This document shows, piece after piece, positions 10,401 to 19,883 of a stretch of 64,000 bases of DNA (the first letter of the stretch is position 1; the number at the start of each line of letters is the position of its first letter). The position numbers were made by a program, and so were the translations under genes. The stretch lies in contig DOZJ01000002.1 in the NCBI GenBank assembly GCA_003518055.1, positions 235,097 to 299,096 of the forward strand, given 5' to 3'. The notes beneath the pieces were generated by a model that searched no databases, was not told the origin of the DNA, and worked only from the letters and a program-made list of their open reading frames with translations. The stretch comes from Candidatus Falkowbacteria bacterium (GTDB lineage: Bacteria > Patescibacteriota > Patescibacteriia > UBA11705).

Positions 10401-10588
10401 ATTGGTTGGGTTATTGGAGCGTAGATTTTTTAATCAAATTTACGCTCGGATGTTAATTATTTATTGTTATGTTACTATCAATATTGTATACTGAAATTAC
10501 GAGCAAGTCAAAGGTCATGTTGATTGAATTTTGTCATAAATGTCAATGAATTTTTCTCTATTCAAATTTAATTAACTCATAATAATCT

Positions 10589-11722
10589 ATGGGTAAAAAA
10601 ATCGTGGTTTTTGCGCTTGGAGCTTTACTGGTCGGAGCGAGTTTACTGCCGATGGCGGTCAACGCCACCAGCTCGGCCGAAGAAAACTTCTTTGTGCAAA
10701 AGGACAAAGTGGTATCTGAAAATTATTTCAAAGCCGGCAACAATATTGATATCGCCGGCACGCTGGAAAAAGACGCTTATTTGGCCGGTCAAATTATTAA
10801 CATTGATGGTGTGGTCAAAGGAGATGTCTTCGCGGCCGGGAATATTTTGCGCATCAACGGTGTTGTCGAAGGCAGTGTTCGTTTTGTGGGCCAGTCGTTA
10901 ATTATCAACGGCGAGGTCAAGAAAAACGTCATGATGGTTGGCAGTTCTATGACTGTAGACTCCGCGGCCAAAATTGGCTGGGACGCCATGTTCGCTGGTA
11001 ATTTGGTTGAGCTGAACGGCTCGGTTGGCGGTGATGCTCGCTTGACTGGGGCTCTGGCACGGATTAACGGTTCGGTTGCCGGCAATGTTTGGGCCGAAGT
11101 TGAGTCTTTGGAGTTTTTGCCCGAATCAAAAGTTGATGGCCGGGTCGGCTACACCAGCGGCCGCGATGCCGTCGTGGAGCCGGGTGCGACGATTGTCGGT
11201 GGTTTGGAGCGAACTGATTTGACCGCCGGAAAAGACGTTAACACGCCAAGCAAATATGAGGCTTTACTCGGCTGGCTTTTATGGGGCTTTTTGAGCCAGT
11301 TGCTGATCGCAATTGTTTTGATCGCTCTCATGCCAAAACATATTGATCTCGTAGCTGAAGAAGTCAAAAATAATTTTTGGCGGAATTTCGGCTGGGGGTT
11401 GTTGTTTGTCATTGTGACTCCGATTGCCTGTATTTTGGCCATGATTACGGTTATTGGTTTACCTCTGGCGTTTGTTACACTGGTTATCTATTTTATTTTA
11501 TTGTATCTGGCCAAAATTTTCTTTGTCATCGGCTTCATGAAACTGGTGTTCAAGTGGTTCAAACAGAAAGAATGGCACCTCATGCTGCTAGCCGTGATCG
11601 GCCTTTTGGCGCTCGGTCTCGTCTGTGCCATTCCCAATGTCGGCTGGATCGCCGGACTGATTGCGACGGCTACCGGTTTTGGCGCTGTCCTTCAGGTCAA
11701 AAAAGCGGTTTTGATGAAGTGA
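10589..11722 (+). CDS. Secreted/membrane protein with bactofilin-like (polymer-forming beta-helix) repeats and a C-terminal multi-TM region
   Basis: Signal peptide ending in AVNA. Repeated G-x-h-x-h-x-G segments follow (VKGDVFAAGNILRINGVVEGSVRFVGQSLIINGEVKKNVMMVG ...), typical of bactofilin/DUF583 beta-helices. The last 150 aa contain four hydrophobic helices. Confidence 0.55.
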   Translation: MGKKIVVFALGALLVGASLLPMAVNATSSAEENFFVQKDKVVSENYFKAGNNIDIAGTLEKDAYLAGQIINIDGVVKGDVFAAGNILRINGVVEGSVRFVGQSLIINGEVKKNVMMVGSSMTVDSAAKIGWDAMFAGNLVELNGSVGGDARLTGALARINGSVAGNVWAEVESLEFLPESKVDGRVGYTSGRDAVVEPGATIVGGLERTDLTAGKDVNTPSKYEALLGWLLWGFLSQLLIAIVLIALMPKHIDLVAEEVKNNFWRNFGWGLLFVIVTPIACILAMITVIGLPLAFVTLVIYFILLYLAKIFFVIGFMKLVFKWFKQKEWHLMLLAVIGLLALGLVCAIPNVGWIAGLIATATGFGAVLQVKKAVLMK

Positions 11723-11736
11723 TTATTCTTATAAAT

Positions 11737-11768
11737 TATAAAAACGTGGACTTTTTAGTCCACGTTTT
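11737..11768. terminator. Bidirectional rho-independent terminator between convergent genes
   Basis: Perfect inverted repeat AAAACGTGGAC-TTTTTA-GTCCACGTTTT flanked by A/T runs on both sides, lying between a + strand gene end (11722) and a - strand gene end (11777). Confidence 0.75.
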
Positions 11769-11776
11769 ATTTTTTC

Positions 11777-12268
11777 TTATGGTTCAACTTCAAACCATTG
11801 CCAGGTTTTCACGCACCAAGCAGCTTCTTTCCCCAAGTCATCCAACTTGACCTTTCGGCTGAAGTCTTGATCGTTGAAATAATCATAAGCTTCGATGTGC
11901 TTCATGGCAAATGGTAATGGCTCTGCGTTTCCCACAAAAAGCACGACCGGCACCACCAGAATGTTGATTCGCGGTCGCACTTCCATCATTCTGGACTGAT
12001 AATCAGTTCTCGCCGCTTGAATAAAACATGCTTTTGATTGGCCGAGTTCAACCTGGAAAATTGTGCGTTGACCGACGCGCATTTGCAATTCACTGCGATT
12101 GAGAATGTTGGCCGCTGGAAATTCCACGAACCGCCAAAAGATCCGCGGCGGTCTATCATAGGCTTGATGAACATATTCCAGACAGATGGTCCCACTATCC
12201 ATCGGCCCTCCTGCGGTGGTGTGGTTGCCGGAACAATTTACTATAATACTAAATAGCCCGGATGTCAA
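11777..12268 (-). CDS. Hypothetical protein
   Basis: 163-aa ORF with no recognisable motif. It is convergent with the preceding gene across a clean terminator. Confidence 0.4.
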   Translation of the reverse strand: MTSGLFSIIVNCSGNHTTAGGPMDSGTICLEYVHQAYDRPPRIFWRFVEFPAANILNRSELQMRVGQRTIFQVELGQSKACFIQAARTDYQSRMMEVRPRINILVVPVVLFVGNAEPLPFAMKHIEAYDYFNDQDFSRKVKLDDLGKEAAWCVKTWQWFEVEP

Positions 12269-12348
12269 TATTGGGCAAATATTTGCAAATATGCTAAAAT
12301 TTTTATTGTTTAGAACTTAGTAGTTAGAATTTAAAATTTTGTATTATT

Positions 12349-13716
12349 ATGTTCAAATTCAATACCTCAATTTTCAAAGCCTATGACATTCGTGGTATTT
12401 ATCAGCAGGATATAGATGCTGATCTGGCATTCAAAATCGGTCAAGCATTCGCCGTCTTTATGAAGACGGATGCCGGCAAAGAAAATCTGAATCTGGCGGT
12501 CGCTCGGGACATGCGTCTGTCGTCGCCGATTTTATATGACAAGGTGATTGAGGGCATCACAGCCCAAGGGGTTGATGTCACTGAATTTGGTCTGGCGTCC
12601 ACGCCAACGTTTTATTTCGGCGTCGGCAAGTTGAATTTGGACGGCGGGATTCAAGTCTCGGCTTCACACAATCCATCAGAATACAATGGATTTAAACTGG
12701 TCCGGCGGCAAGCGATTCCGGTCAGCGGCGACACCGGCATTATGCAAATTCGGGATTTGGTTATCTCCGATCAGTTTACTCCGGCGGCGAATCACGGTTC
12801 GGTCGCCCAATACAAAAACCTACTTGACGATCACGTGGCGTATGATTTGGAGTCTGTCGATGTCAGCCGTATCAAACCGCTAAAAGTGGTGGTGGACGCG
12901 GCCAACGCCATGGGCGGCCCGATGTTTGAAAAGTTATTTGCCAAATTACCCTGCGAGTTATTGAAATTAAATTTTGATTTGGATGGAACGTTTCCGGCGC
13001 ACGAAGCCGACCCTCTGAAAGATGCCAACAATCGGCAGCTTCAGCAAAAAGTTTTGGCGATGGGTGCGGATCTTGGTATCGCTCTTGATGGGGACGCTGA
13101 CCGTATCTTCTTCGTCACCAATGAAGGTGTAACAGTTGAGCCGGCGATTGTCCGAGGCATTTTGTCCCAAATTTTTCTGCGGGACAACCCCGGCGCGAAG
13201 ATTTGCTATGACATTCGCCCGGGCAAAATCACTCCCGATATGATTGTTGAAGCCGGCGGAACCCCGATTGTCACGAAAGTCGGTCATTCTCTGATCAAAG
13301 AAAAAGCGCGTGAAGTCGGCGCCGTGTTCGCCGGGGAGTCTAGTGGCCACTTTTTCGTCAAAATGCCGTTTGGTTTTTTTGAGGCGCCGATGATTTGCGC
13401 TTTAAAATTTTTGCAGGAAATTTCTGAGTCAGGCCAAACATTTTCCGCCTATGTAAAACCGCTGTATCGATACAGCCATTCCGGCGAGATTAATTTTGAG
13501 GTTAATGACAAGGGCATGGTCTTCCAAAAACTTCGAGATCGATATGTTGGTAATTTAAAATATGATTTTGACGGATTGAGTTTTGAGTGGGACGACTGGT
13601 GGTTCAATGTCCGGCCATCAAATACGGAAAATAAAGTCCGATTAAATTTGGAAGCGGTTAGCAGCGAAATCATGAATGAAAAAGTTAAAGAGGTAAGCGA
13701 TTTGATTCAAGGCTAA
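12349..13716 (+). CDS. Phosphomannomutase/phosphoglucomutase (alpha-D-phosphohexomutase family)
   Basis: N-terminal FKAYDIRG motif, active-site Ser loop SASHNPSEYNGFKL, Mg-binding DGDADR and the sugar-binding GESSGH motif. A candidate promoter TTGGGC-18-TGCTAAAAT lies about 50 nt upstream. Confidence 0.9.
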   Translation: MFKFNTSIFKAYDIRGIYQQDIDADLAFKIGQAFAVFMKTDAGKENLNLAVARDMRLSSPILYDKVIEGITAQGVDVTEFGLASTPTFYFGVGKLNLDGGIQVSASHNPSEYNGFKLVRRQAIPVSGDTGIMQIRDLVISDQFTPAANHGSVAQYKNLLDDHVAYDLESVDVSRIKPLKVVVDAANAMGGPMFEKLFAKLPCELLKLNFDLDGTFPAHEADPLKDANNRQLQQKVLAMGADLGIALDGDADRIFFVTNEGVTVEPAIVRGILSQIFLRDNPGAKICYDIRPGKITPDMIVEAGGTPIVTKVGHSLIKEKAREVGAVFAGESSGHFFVKMPFGFFEAPMICALKFLQEISESGQTFSAYVKPLYRYSHSGEINFEVNDKGMVFQKLRDRYVGNLKYDFDGLSFEWDDWWFNVRPSNTENKVRLNLEAVSSEIMNEKVKEVSDLIQG

Positions 13717-13801
13717 AAATTAAAAACCCGTCCGCCTCAAAAATAATAAAAAAAGCAGCTGGGTTCAGCTGTTTTTTTGGTGTCATGTTCAGAGAATATC
13801 A

Positions 13802-14137
13802 TTACTTGATCTTATGCTGGGCTCGCAGCCAATCTGTGAATCTGACCATATTACGATCCCTGACTTCCCAGCGATATGAGGCAGGGAGGAACCTGGACAT
13901 ATCACGGTTAAAATCATCAACCGAGTAATCTTCCTCCAGAAAATACGTCATTACCAGTTCCGCGTTACCATCGTGAGAATGTCGACTGAGAATCAGTCTT
14001 ACACTATGAGCGGGCTCATTTACTTCAAGCGTAATGCTCTGGTAAACCGGCCAGAAAATCGCATTCCAGAGAGTCCTCAGCCAATCCATGTTGTCCCTCC
14101 TTTTAGGGGGTGTGGAGCAAACATTATATGTTAGCAA
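13802..14137 (-). CDS. Hypothetical protein
   Basis: 111-aa ORF. The true start is probably MDWLRTLW at about 14089. Confidence 0.35.
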   Translation of the reverse strand: MLTYNVCSTPPKRRDNMDWLRTLWNAIFWPVYQSITLEVNEPAHSVRLILSRHSHDGNAELVMTYFLEEDYSVDDFNRDMSRFLPASYRWEVRDRNMVRFTDWLRAQHKIK

Positions 14138-14149
14138 AATAAGTATTTT

Positions 14150-14467
14150 TTGTCAAGGGTGGTTTTGATCATGATTGACAAATTTGAACTGGATTGCTAT
14201 ATTGTTTTTTGCCACTACAATCCCCATATCGGGGCAGGAGGGACAGCGTTGAGTCCTGAGGAACGAAAGGGTATCCGAGAGGCGGCCGAGTCCATTCTTA
14301 GCTCTAGCGCGACCGAAACCGCGGCCAAGAAGAAGCTGGAAAAGGCCAAAAAGCGCGAGCCTTTCAGAGGCGTCCCCATCAATTCACACTCAGTTCAGTT
14401 TAGTGGCTCAACTCGTTACGCGAAGATTCATATCTCCGGTGAACTGCCGATCGAGGTTCAAGTTTAA
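14150..14467 (+). CDS. Doubtful hypothetical ORF; the region may instead be non-coding structured RNA
   Basis: 105-aa ORF with a Lys/Glu-rich tail, in a locally GC-rich and self-complementary segment (GGGGCAGGAGGGAC ... GGCGTCCCC). There is no SD and the composition is unlike its neighbours. Confidence 0.25.
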   Translation: MSRVVLIMIDKFELDCYIVFCHYNPHIGAGGTALSPEERKGIREAAESILSSSATETAAKKKLEKAKKREPFRGVPINSHSVQFSGSTRYAKIHISGELPIEVQV

Positions 14468-14519
14468 CTTTTGACAGATAATAATCTGTCTTTTTAATTT
14501 TTACAAACCCCGGCCATAC

Positions 14520-14790
14520 TTTTGTCCGCCATAAGACGCCTGCCTGCCGGTAGGCAGGGACTCGTCCTCTGGCGAGTCGTTATAGTTATACTTTTGTAAA
14601 AGCCACGTCTTCTATAAGTGTTACTTCCGCTGCGCCCCTGCCTACCGGCAGGCAGGCGCCGGAGCTCTACGCCCTGTCCACCGACCTGTATGCCATAGCT
14701 TTAGCGAAGGCATAAGCGTTATGCGTAGGTGGAAGTAAGAGCGTAGGTGGGTAGTTACGGTTAAAGGAAACAAAAAAGATCTGTTTTTAC
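14520..14790. ncRNA. Candidate structured non-coding RNA of unassigned type
   Basis: A 20-nt long-range inverted repeat (CCTGCCTGCCGGTAGGCAGG at about 14540 pairs with CCTGCCTACCGGCAGGCAGG at about 14639). Local hairpins include GACTCG-N8-CGAGTC and TATGCC-N14-GGCATA, plus a direct repeat CGTAGGTGG x2. GC content is well above the flanks. The segment lies between convergent genes and has no ORF. Confidence 0.35.
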
Positions 14791-14797
14791 AGACCTC

Positions 14798-15172
14798 CTA
14801 CTTGGGGGAATACATCGATACGTTGCCGTTGGTTTGATGATACAGCTCCCTGACGACTCTCCGCACATTTCGAGTTACGCCATCCCAGAATCGTGAGAAG
14901 TTTCCGACATGTCCATCTGGCAGAGGTAAACCATTCGGTGCAATTTTTCCCGCATATTCATTGACCGCGTCCCTAATCATCGTCTGCAGTTCGTCTCGGC
15001 TGTAATTGGTCAAAATCACCATGAACTCGCTAAAGATCGAACCGGTCCCGTCAAAAATTTTAATCTTGACTTTTTCCGAGTTGGGATTCCCATGGTAGTC
15101 TGATTCCAGCAAGTAAACCAGAACAGTATTGCGATATGGTTCGAGAGACAGGACTTGGATTTGGCCAGCCAT
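14798..15172 (-). CDS. Hypothetical protein
   Basis: 124-aa ORF with no motif. Confidence 0.4.
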   Translation of the reverse strand: MAGQIQVLSLEPYRNTVLVYLLESDYHGNPNSEKVKIKIFDGTGSIFSEFMVILTNYSRDELQTMIRDAVNEYAGKIAPNGLPLPDGHVGNFSRFWDGVTRNVRRVVRELYHQTNGNVSMYSPK

Positions 15173-15185
15173 TCTGCCTCCGAGG

Positions 15186-15503
15186 TTAGCTGCTCTTCAG
15201 TTGTTTATTTTTCATTTTTTCAGCAATAAATTCTCTTACCTTGTCATTGCTTACAGCCAAAGATGGAACGGTTTTCGGCATATGAGCCGCCAATTCACGT
15301 CTCAGTTGTTCACTCGTATAGGTTGGCACCGCCTTGACAAAGTATACTTTTGTAACCGGCGATCCGGGTCGATTAGCCGGTTTGTGCTGAACGGTGATTT
15401 TGTATTCATTTTTCTTGTAGTTGTCATCCAGTCGAGTGGTGACTGTATAAGTCTCAGTTGAACCTTTTTGACCTGAAAAAAGCCGTTTTAGCCAGTTGAA
15501 CAT
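15186..15503 (-). CDS. Hypothetical protein
   Basis: 105-aa ORF directly upstream of, and co-oriented with, the preceding hypothetical. Confidence 0.4.
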   Translation of the reverse strand: MFNWLKRLFSGQKGSTETYTVTTRLDDNYKKNEYKITVQHKPANRPGSPVTKVYFVKAVPTYTSEQLRRELAAHMPKTVPSLAVSNDKVREFIAEKMKNKQLKSS

Positions 15504-15684
15504 TTTTTGCCCCTTCCTTTTTATATGGGTATCGATCTATTCTAGCAATAAAGACCATTTTTGTCAATGTTGGGTATGGTTAACCGTAGGGAGTGACTGC
15601 GAGTCATTGACCCGTTTTTTTTATCCTTGAAAAATGATTGGTTTTCTGTTAAAATAAAGCTGATAAATCATAATTTATAAATTT

Positions 15685-16086
15685 ATGAAAAAAGGCTTTG
15701 TGGCCAACATTGAAACATTAACGCAGGAGAATAAAAATTTTCGTCAGGTTCTTTATACCGGCATGATGAGCCAGCTGGTTCTGATGTCTTTGAATCCCGG
15801 TGAAGAAATCGGGGCTGAGGTCCACGCCGACCATGATCAATTTTTTCGCTTTGAGGTTGGTTCGGGTCGGGTTCTAATTGACGGCAGCGAGTATGATGTC
15901 GCCGCGGATGATGCCGTGATCGTCCCGGCTGGCGCTGAACATAACATTATCAATACTTCGGAATCCGAATCATTGAAATTGTATACGATTTACAGCCCGG
16001 CCGAACATCGATTCGATGTCGTCCACGCGACCAAGGCCGAGGCGATGGCCGATGACGAACGTTTTGACGGTCAACTAAGTGAGTGA
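15685..16086 (+). CDS. Cupin domain protein
   Basis: Cupin_2-type motifs GEEIGAEVHADHDQFFRFEVGSGRV and VIVPAGAEHNIIN in a 133-aa protein. Confidence 0.75.
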   Translation: MKKGFVANIETLTQENKNFRQVLYTGMMSQLVLMSLNPGEEIGAEVHADHDQFFRFEVGSGRVLIDGSEYDVAADDAVIVPAGAEHNIINTSESESLKLYTIYSPAEHRFDVVHATKAEAMADDERFDGQLSE

Positions 16087-16125
16087 GATCAATCTGGTGC
16101 TGGGTGGAAATCCACGCCCGCGCCG

Positions 16126-17415
16126 GTGTGGATTTTCTCGATAATTTTTAATCTGAATTATATCACCTATCCAAAAGTAAAAATTGAAAAATTGGTTTTT
16201 GGCGGCCAAGGGCTTGGTCGTCTCGACAACAAAGTTTATTTCGTCTGGAACGCTTTGCCGGGCGAAACCGTGGCCGTTGAGGTCACGAAAAGCAAGAAAA
16301 ATTTCACCGAGGGGATTGCCCGTGAAATTATTACCTCCAGCCCCGACCGAATAGAACCGGCCGAGGCGCATTTCCTTTCATGCAGCCCATGGCAGATAAT
16401 GACACCGGAAGCGGAGAATCGATTCAAAATCGAGGTCGCGCGCGATGTTTTTATGAGAAACGGCCGGCTGGAGCTGCCGGCTGATTTGCGCTTGGTGTCT
16501 GATCTTGAAAATTTTGATCACTACCGGTCAAAAATGGAGTTTGGTTTTACTCAGGCTAATCATCAGTTGTCATTGGCTATGGTCAATCGCGATACTCATC
16601 AAAACATCTCGGTTGATGAGTGTTGTTTGGCGGCTGCTCCGATCACTCGGCGCGCGAGTGAACTGTTGACGTTGCTGCGTCAATCCAACGTTGAATTATC
16701 TTCTTTACGGCGTTTAGTTATTCGGGTGGATAGCTCCGACCGCTGTGTGGCGGACTTGTTTGTGAGTGCCCCGATCAAGTCTTTCCCTCTGGCACCGGCT
16801 GACCGGCCTGATTGGCTGCGTCTTATCTCCGATGACATGAATTCTCTGCCGATGACGACATCTGTTGAATTGACGGAAGAGATTATGGGCGTCAAAATGG
16901 CTTTTGACCCTGAAGTATTTTTTCAAATAAATCTGCCGCTGTTTCTTGAAGTGATTGACCGGATTGCTCAATTTATTCCTGACGGCAGTGAGGTAATAGA
17001 CTGTTTCGCCGGTGTTGGCGCCCTTTCTTTGCCCTTTGCCGGCCGGCTGAAAAAGTTAACCTTGATTGAAGGCGATGAACGCTCTTGTGTGTACGCGGTT
17101 AAAAATATTGAATCAAATAACATAATGAACGCGTCTGTCTTGAACGCGCCGGCGGAAAAACTGGCCGGCATAAAGCTGCGCGGCCGAGTGGTGCTGCTCG
17201 ACCCGCCCCGTACCGGTCTTAGCCCGGCCGCGGTGGACGCCATTCTGTCCGACGAACCGAAAACAATTATTTATCTCTCATGCGATCCGGCCACGCAGGC
17301 GCGGGATATCTTTTTACTTAGTGCCAAATATCATATGGAACATTGTGAGCTGTTCAACTTTTTTCCCCGCACGCCGCATATTGAATCGCTGGTCGTTTTG
17401 ACTTTGAATTCATGA
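16126..17415 (+). CDS. TRAM-domain class I SAM-dependent RNA (uracil-5) methyltransferase, RlmD/TrmA family
   Basis: N-terminal TRAM-like segment (KLVFGGQGLGRLDNKVYFVWNALPGETVAVEV). C-terminal methyltransferase motifs (IDCFAGVGALSLPFA; VLLDPPRTGL; YLSCDPAT). The exact start is uncertain. Confidence 0.8.
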   Translation: MWIFSIIFNLNYITYPKVKIEKLVFGGQGLGRLDNKVYFVWNALPGETVAVEVTKSKKNFTEGIAREIITSSPDRIEPAEAHFLSCSPWQIMTPEAENRFKIEVARDVFMRNGRLELPADLRLVSDLENFDHYRSKMEFGFTQANHQLSLAMVNRDTHQNISVDECCLAAAPITRRASELLTLLRQSNVELSSLRRLVIRVDSSDRCVADLFVSAPIKSFPLAPADRPDWLRLISDDMNSLPMTTSVELTEEIMGVKMAFDPEVFFQINLPLFLEVIDRIAQFIPDGSEVIDCFAGVGALSLPFAGRLKKLTLIEGDERSCVYAVKNIESNNIMNASVLNAPAEKLAGIKLRGRVVLLDPPRTGLSPAAVDAILSDEPKTIIYLSCDPATQARDIFLLSAKYHMEHCELFNFFPRTPHIESLVVLTLNS

Positions 17416-17419
17416 GATT

Positions 17420-18424
17420 ATGATGAACCTGGAACCATTATTTCAAGCATTGATATCTGAACCGGCTTTCAGATTGAAGCAGGCGCAGCATTTTATTTTC
17501 CATGAACTCGGCTCTGACTGGTCTCAGGCGACTACTCTACCTCCGGCTTTGCGCCAGCGGTTATCCATCGATTTTCCTCTGGATATAGACCACAAACTTT
17601 ATCGGTCAAAAGATGGCCGATCGATCAAAGCGTTGATCACCCTCTCAGACCACGCCCAAATTGAAACGGTTTTGATGAGTCACGGCGGACGTCAAAGTCT
17701 TTGCGTCTCCACGCAAGTCGGCTGCGCCCTTGGCTGTTTATTTTGCGCTACCGGCCGGCTTGGATTCAAGCGGCAGTTGACCCCATGGGAAATTGTGCAG
17801 CAGGTGTTGCTCTGGCAGCGTTATTTAAAAGATCAAGGGGAAAAAGTAACCAACGTGATTTTTATGGGAATGGGGGAGCCGCTACTCAATTATGACCACT
17901 TACTTGAGGCCATTAGATTTATGCGGTCGGACGATGGGTTCGGTTTAGGATCGCGCCGGTTCTCGATTTCCACGATTGGCATTATCGATAAAATTTTGAA
18001 ATTGGCCAATGATGAGCCGGAAATTAATTTGGCCGTGTCTCTACACGCGACGACTGATGCTGTCCGGGCTGAATTGATTCCTTTTCATGAAAATTACACG
18101 CTGGCAGAATTACGCCGCGCCTTGGTGGATTATTTGAAGCTCACTAAACGCAAAATTATGGTTGAATATATCATGATTGATGATGTGAATGATTCCCTTG
18201 ATGACGCCCGGCGTCTCGCCAAGTGGTTGAGAGGGATAATTTGTGTGGTTAATTTGATTTCCTACAATGACACCGGAGTTTATGCTCCGACCCCGCCGGC
18301 CCAGATCAAAGCGTTCAAAACCGAGCTCGAAACATTGGGCCTTGAAGTTACGCAGCGTTACAAGCTCGGCGATGACATTGCCGCCGCCTGCGGCCAATTG
18401 GCCGGGCATGACGCCAACAGCTAG
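17420..18424 (+). CDS. rlmN: Radical SAM 23S rRNA/tRNA adenine-C2 methyltransferase RlmN
   Basis: CxxxCxxC radical-SAM motif (CVSTQVGCALGCLFCATG), the RlmN-type N-terminal region and the catalytic Cys region near the C-terminus. 334 aa. Confidence 0.9.
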   Translation: MMNLEPLFQALISEPAFRLKQAQHFIFHELGSDWSQATTLPPALRQRLSIDFPLDIDHKLYRSKDGRSIKALITLSDHAQIETVLMSHGGRQSLCVSTQVGCALGCLFCATGRLGFKRQLTPWEIVQQVLLWQRYLKDQGEKVTNVIFMGMGEPLLNYDHLLEAIRFMRSDDGFGLGSRRFSISTIGIIDKILKLANDEPEINLAVSLHATTDAVRAELIPFHENYTLAELRRALVDYLKLTKRKIMVEYIMIDDVNDSLDDARRLAKWLRGIICVVNLISYNDTGVYAPTPPAQIKAFKTELETLGLEVTQRYKLGDDIAAACGQLAGHDANS

Positions 18425-18610
18425 CCAGTTCTCGCCATAGATTGCGCGGGATTCGATTGGGGCTTTTTGGGTCCATCTACCAAAAGAAGCGCAACTGGCT
18501 GAGAACCCATCTCATTAATTTGCGAGGCACTCAATAAAGTTTTTGGTATAAAATAAGTTCATGTAACGAAGCAATCTCGGTCAAACCGCTTCTTTGACTG
18601 ACTTGCGTGG

Positions 18611-18937
18611 TTGCACATCACACTACTTGTTGACCCGAATTGTCTTGGCTCGATTACAATAAATAATTATAAACATATGGACAAACCAAAACTTTCTTCC
18701 CGGCGCAAATGGGGAATCGGTTTCATGGTGGGGCCGCTCCTCGCTTTGCCAGTGATTCTTTCTCTCTATGCCATCACCACCTTTATTTTTCGAGTGGTTG
18801 ATGTTTCTTCGATTGTGGCCAGAAGCGTTAATGTGATTTATTCCTTGCTGGGTATTCTGGCGGTCATGGGGATTATTATCGGTGTCCCCATCGGTATTAT
18901 TCTGATCGTCATCGATTCGCGTCAAGAAAAAAAGTAA
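18611..18937 (+). CDS. Small membrane protein (hypothetical)
   Basis: Two hydrophobic helices. The start is probably MDKPKLSS at about 18677. Confidence 0.45.
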   Translation: MHITLLVDPNCLGSITINNYKHMDKPKLSSRRKWGIGFMVGPLLALPVILSLYAITTFIFRVVDVSSIVARSVNVIYSLLGILAVMGIIIGVPIGIILIVIDSRQEKK

Positions 18938-19017
18938 AAAAATACAAAAAGACATGATTGATATTTCAAGCATGTTTTTTTATAGAAAAATCACCGTATT
19001 ATAACGATGATATGGAT

Positions 19018-19680
19018 TCAAAGGCACATACCCAGAACCTCACCACAGTCGTCGCTCGCCGGGCAATACCACATCTCTTCGAGACTGATGATGCAGCGTT
19101 TCTGAGCGCGGTTGTCCGGAGGTGTCAATGATTCAGGCGTCGGCGGAGTATCACCGCCGGTTACGTCGCCATGGTTGAAGCAGGGTTTCTCAATCTTGGT
19201 CGTCCGCAATGCACCAGAATCGTCAAAATACATGATGTCGATCAAACCGCAAAATTTGCCGCTGGTGAGAACCTTCAAGTCAACTTGATTTTGATAGGCG
19301 CTTGGCAGCGGGAATGACCGAGTCGAAACAATTTCATTGGTTCCGGGCATGTATTCAATGATTCGATGGAGCGCGTTATTATTCGTCTGCCAAGTGAATA
19401 GCAGCTTTGACTTTTCTTCGCCCCCACCGGTGCATTTGACCATCAACGCCGTGTCATCCGTGCCGTAGGGGTCAGCCGTGGTTTCTTCTGATAGGTTTGT
19501 CGACTCGGGCGGACAGAGAAGCATCGTATCGCCGGCAATCGGGGTGCTTTTCTTGCAGCCCAGAGAAAAAGCCACGAGTAGCAATGACAGAAACATTGTC
19601 GCGCGAATAAAATTTACTCGTTGTCTCGTCGTCATGTGGCCCCTCCGTTTGATGGTGATATGAACTCGATAATATAACAC
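19018..19680 (-). CDS. Predicted lipoprotein with a C-terminal Cys motif (GC-rich islet family)
   Basis: Lipobox LVAFSLGC after an N-terminal helix. The C-terminus YCPASDDCGEVLGMCL resembles WQCASDQSCGEMRGYCL of the 20647-21498 product. Confidence 0.55.
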   Translation of the reverse strand: MLYYRVHITIKRRGHMTTRQRVNFIRATMFLSLLLVAFSLGCKKSTPIAGDTMLLCPPESTNLSEETTADPYGTDDTALMVKCTGGGEEKSKLLFTWQTNNNALHRIIEYMPGTNEIVSTRSFPLPSAYQNQVDLKVLTSGKFCGLIDIMYFDDSGALRTTKIEKPCFNHGDVTGGDTPPTPESLTPPDNRAQKRCIISLEEMWYCPASDDCGEVLGMCL

Positions 19681-19883
19681 GGGTGAATAATATTGTCAAA
19701 CCCTCCCACCAGCCGCAGCCAAGCTGCGGCCGGTGGAGCGGACTTTTCATAAATCCAGCCAAATTTATGACTGGTTGTCGCATCAGCGCATGGCCGATGA
19801 GGATCTGTGAATTTTATTGACAAAAAGTAATGATTATGATAACGTTATTCGTTTCACCAGCTTCTACCTGAGGAGGGGGTATT

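Noticed and set aside
14150-14797. Assignment of the structured GC-rich segment to RNase P RNA or tmRNA
   Set aside because: Motif-level resemblances exist (a P4-like ACAAACCCCGGCC, GTAAGAGCG, GGGCAGG) but occur in the wrong 5'-to-3' order for a canonical bacterial RNase P RNA. No tRNA-like T-arm (GGTTCGAnTCC) or CCA-proximal acceptor pairing expected for tmRNA was found. It is left as an unassigned ncRNA candidate.
18425-18610. Possible tRNA in the rlmN downstream spacer (GGGATTCGATTGGGG resembles a T-arm)
   Set aside because: No acceptor stem, D-arm or anticodon arm can be built around it. It is more likely part of a terminator or leader hairpin (CCAGTTCTC ... GAGAACC).
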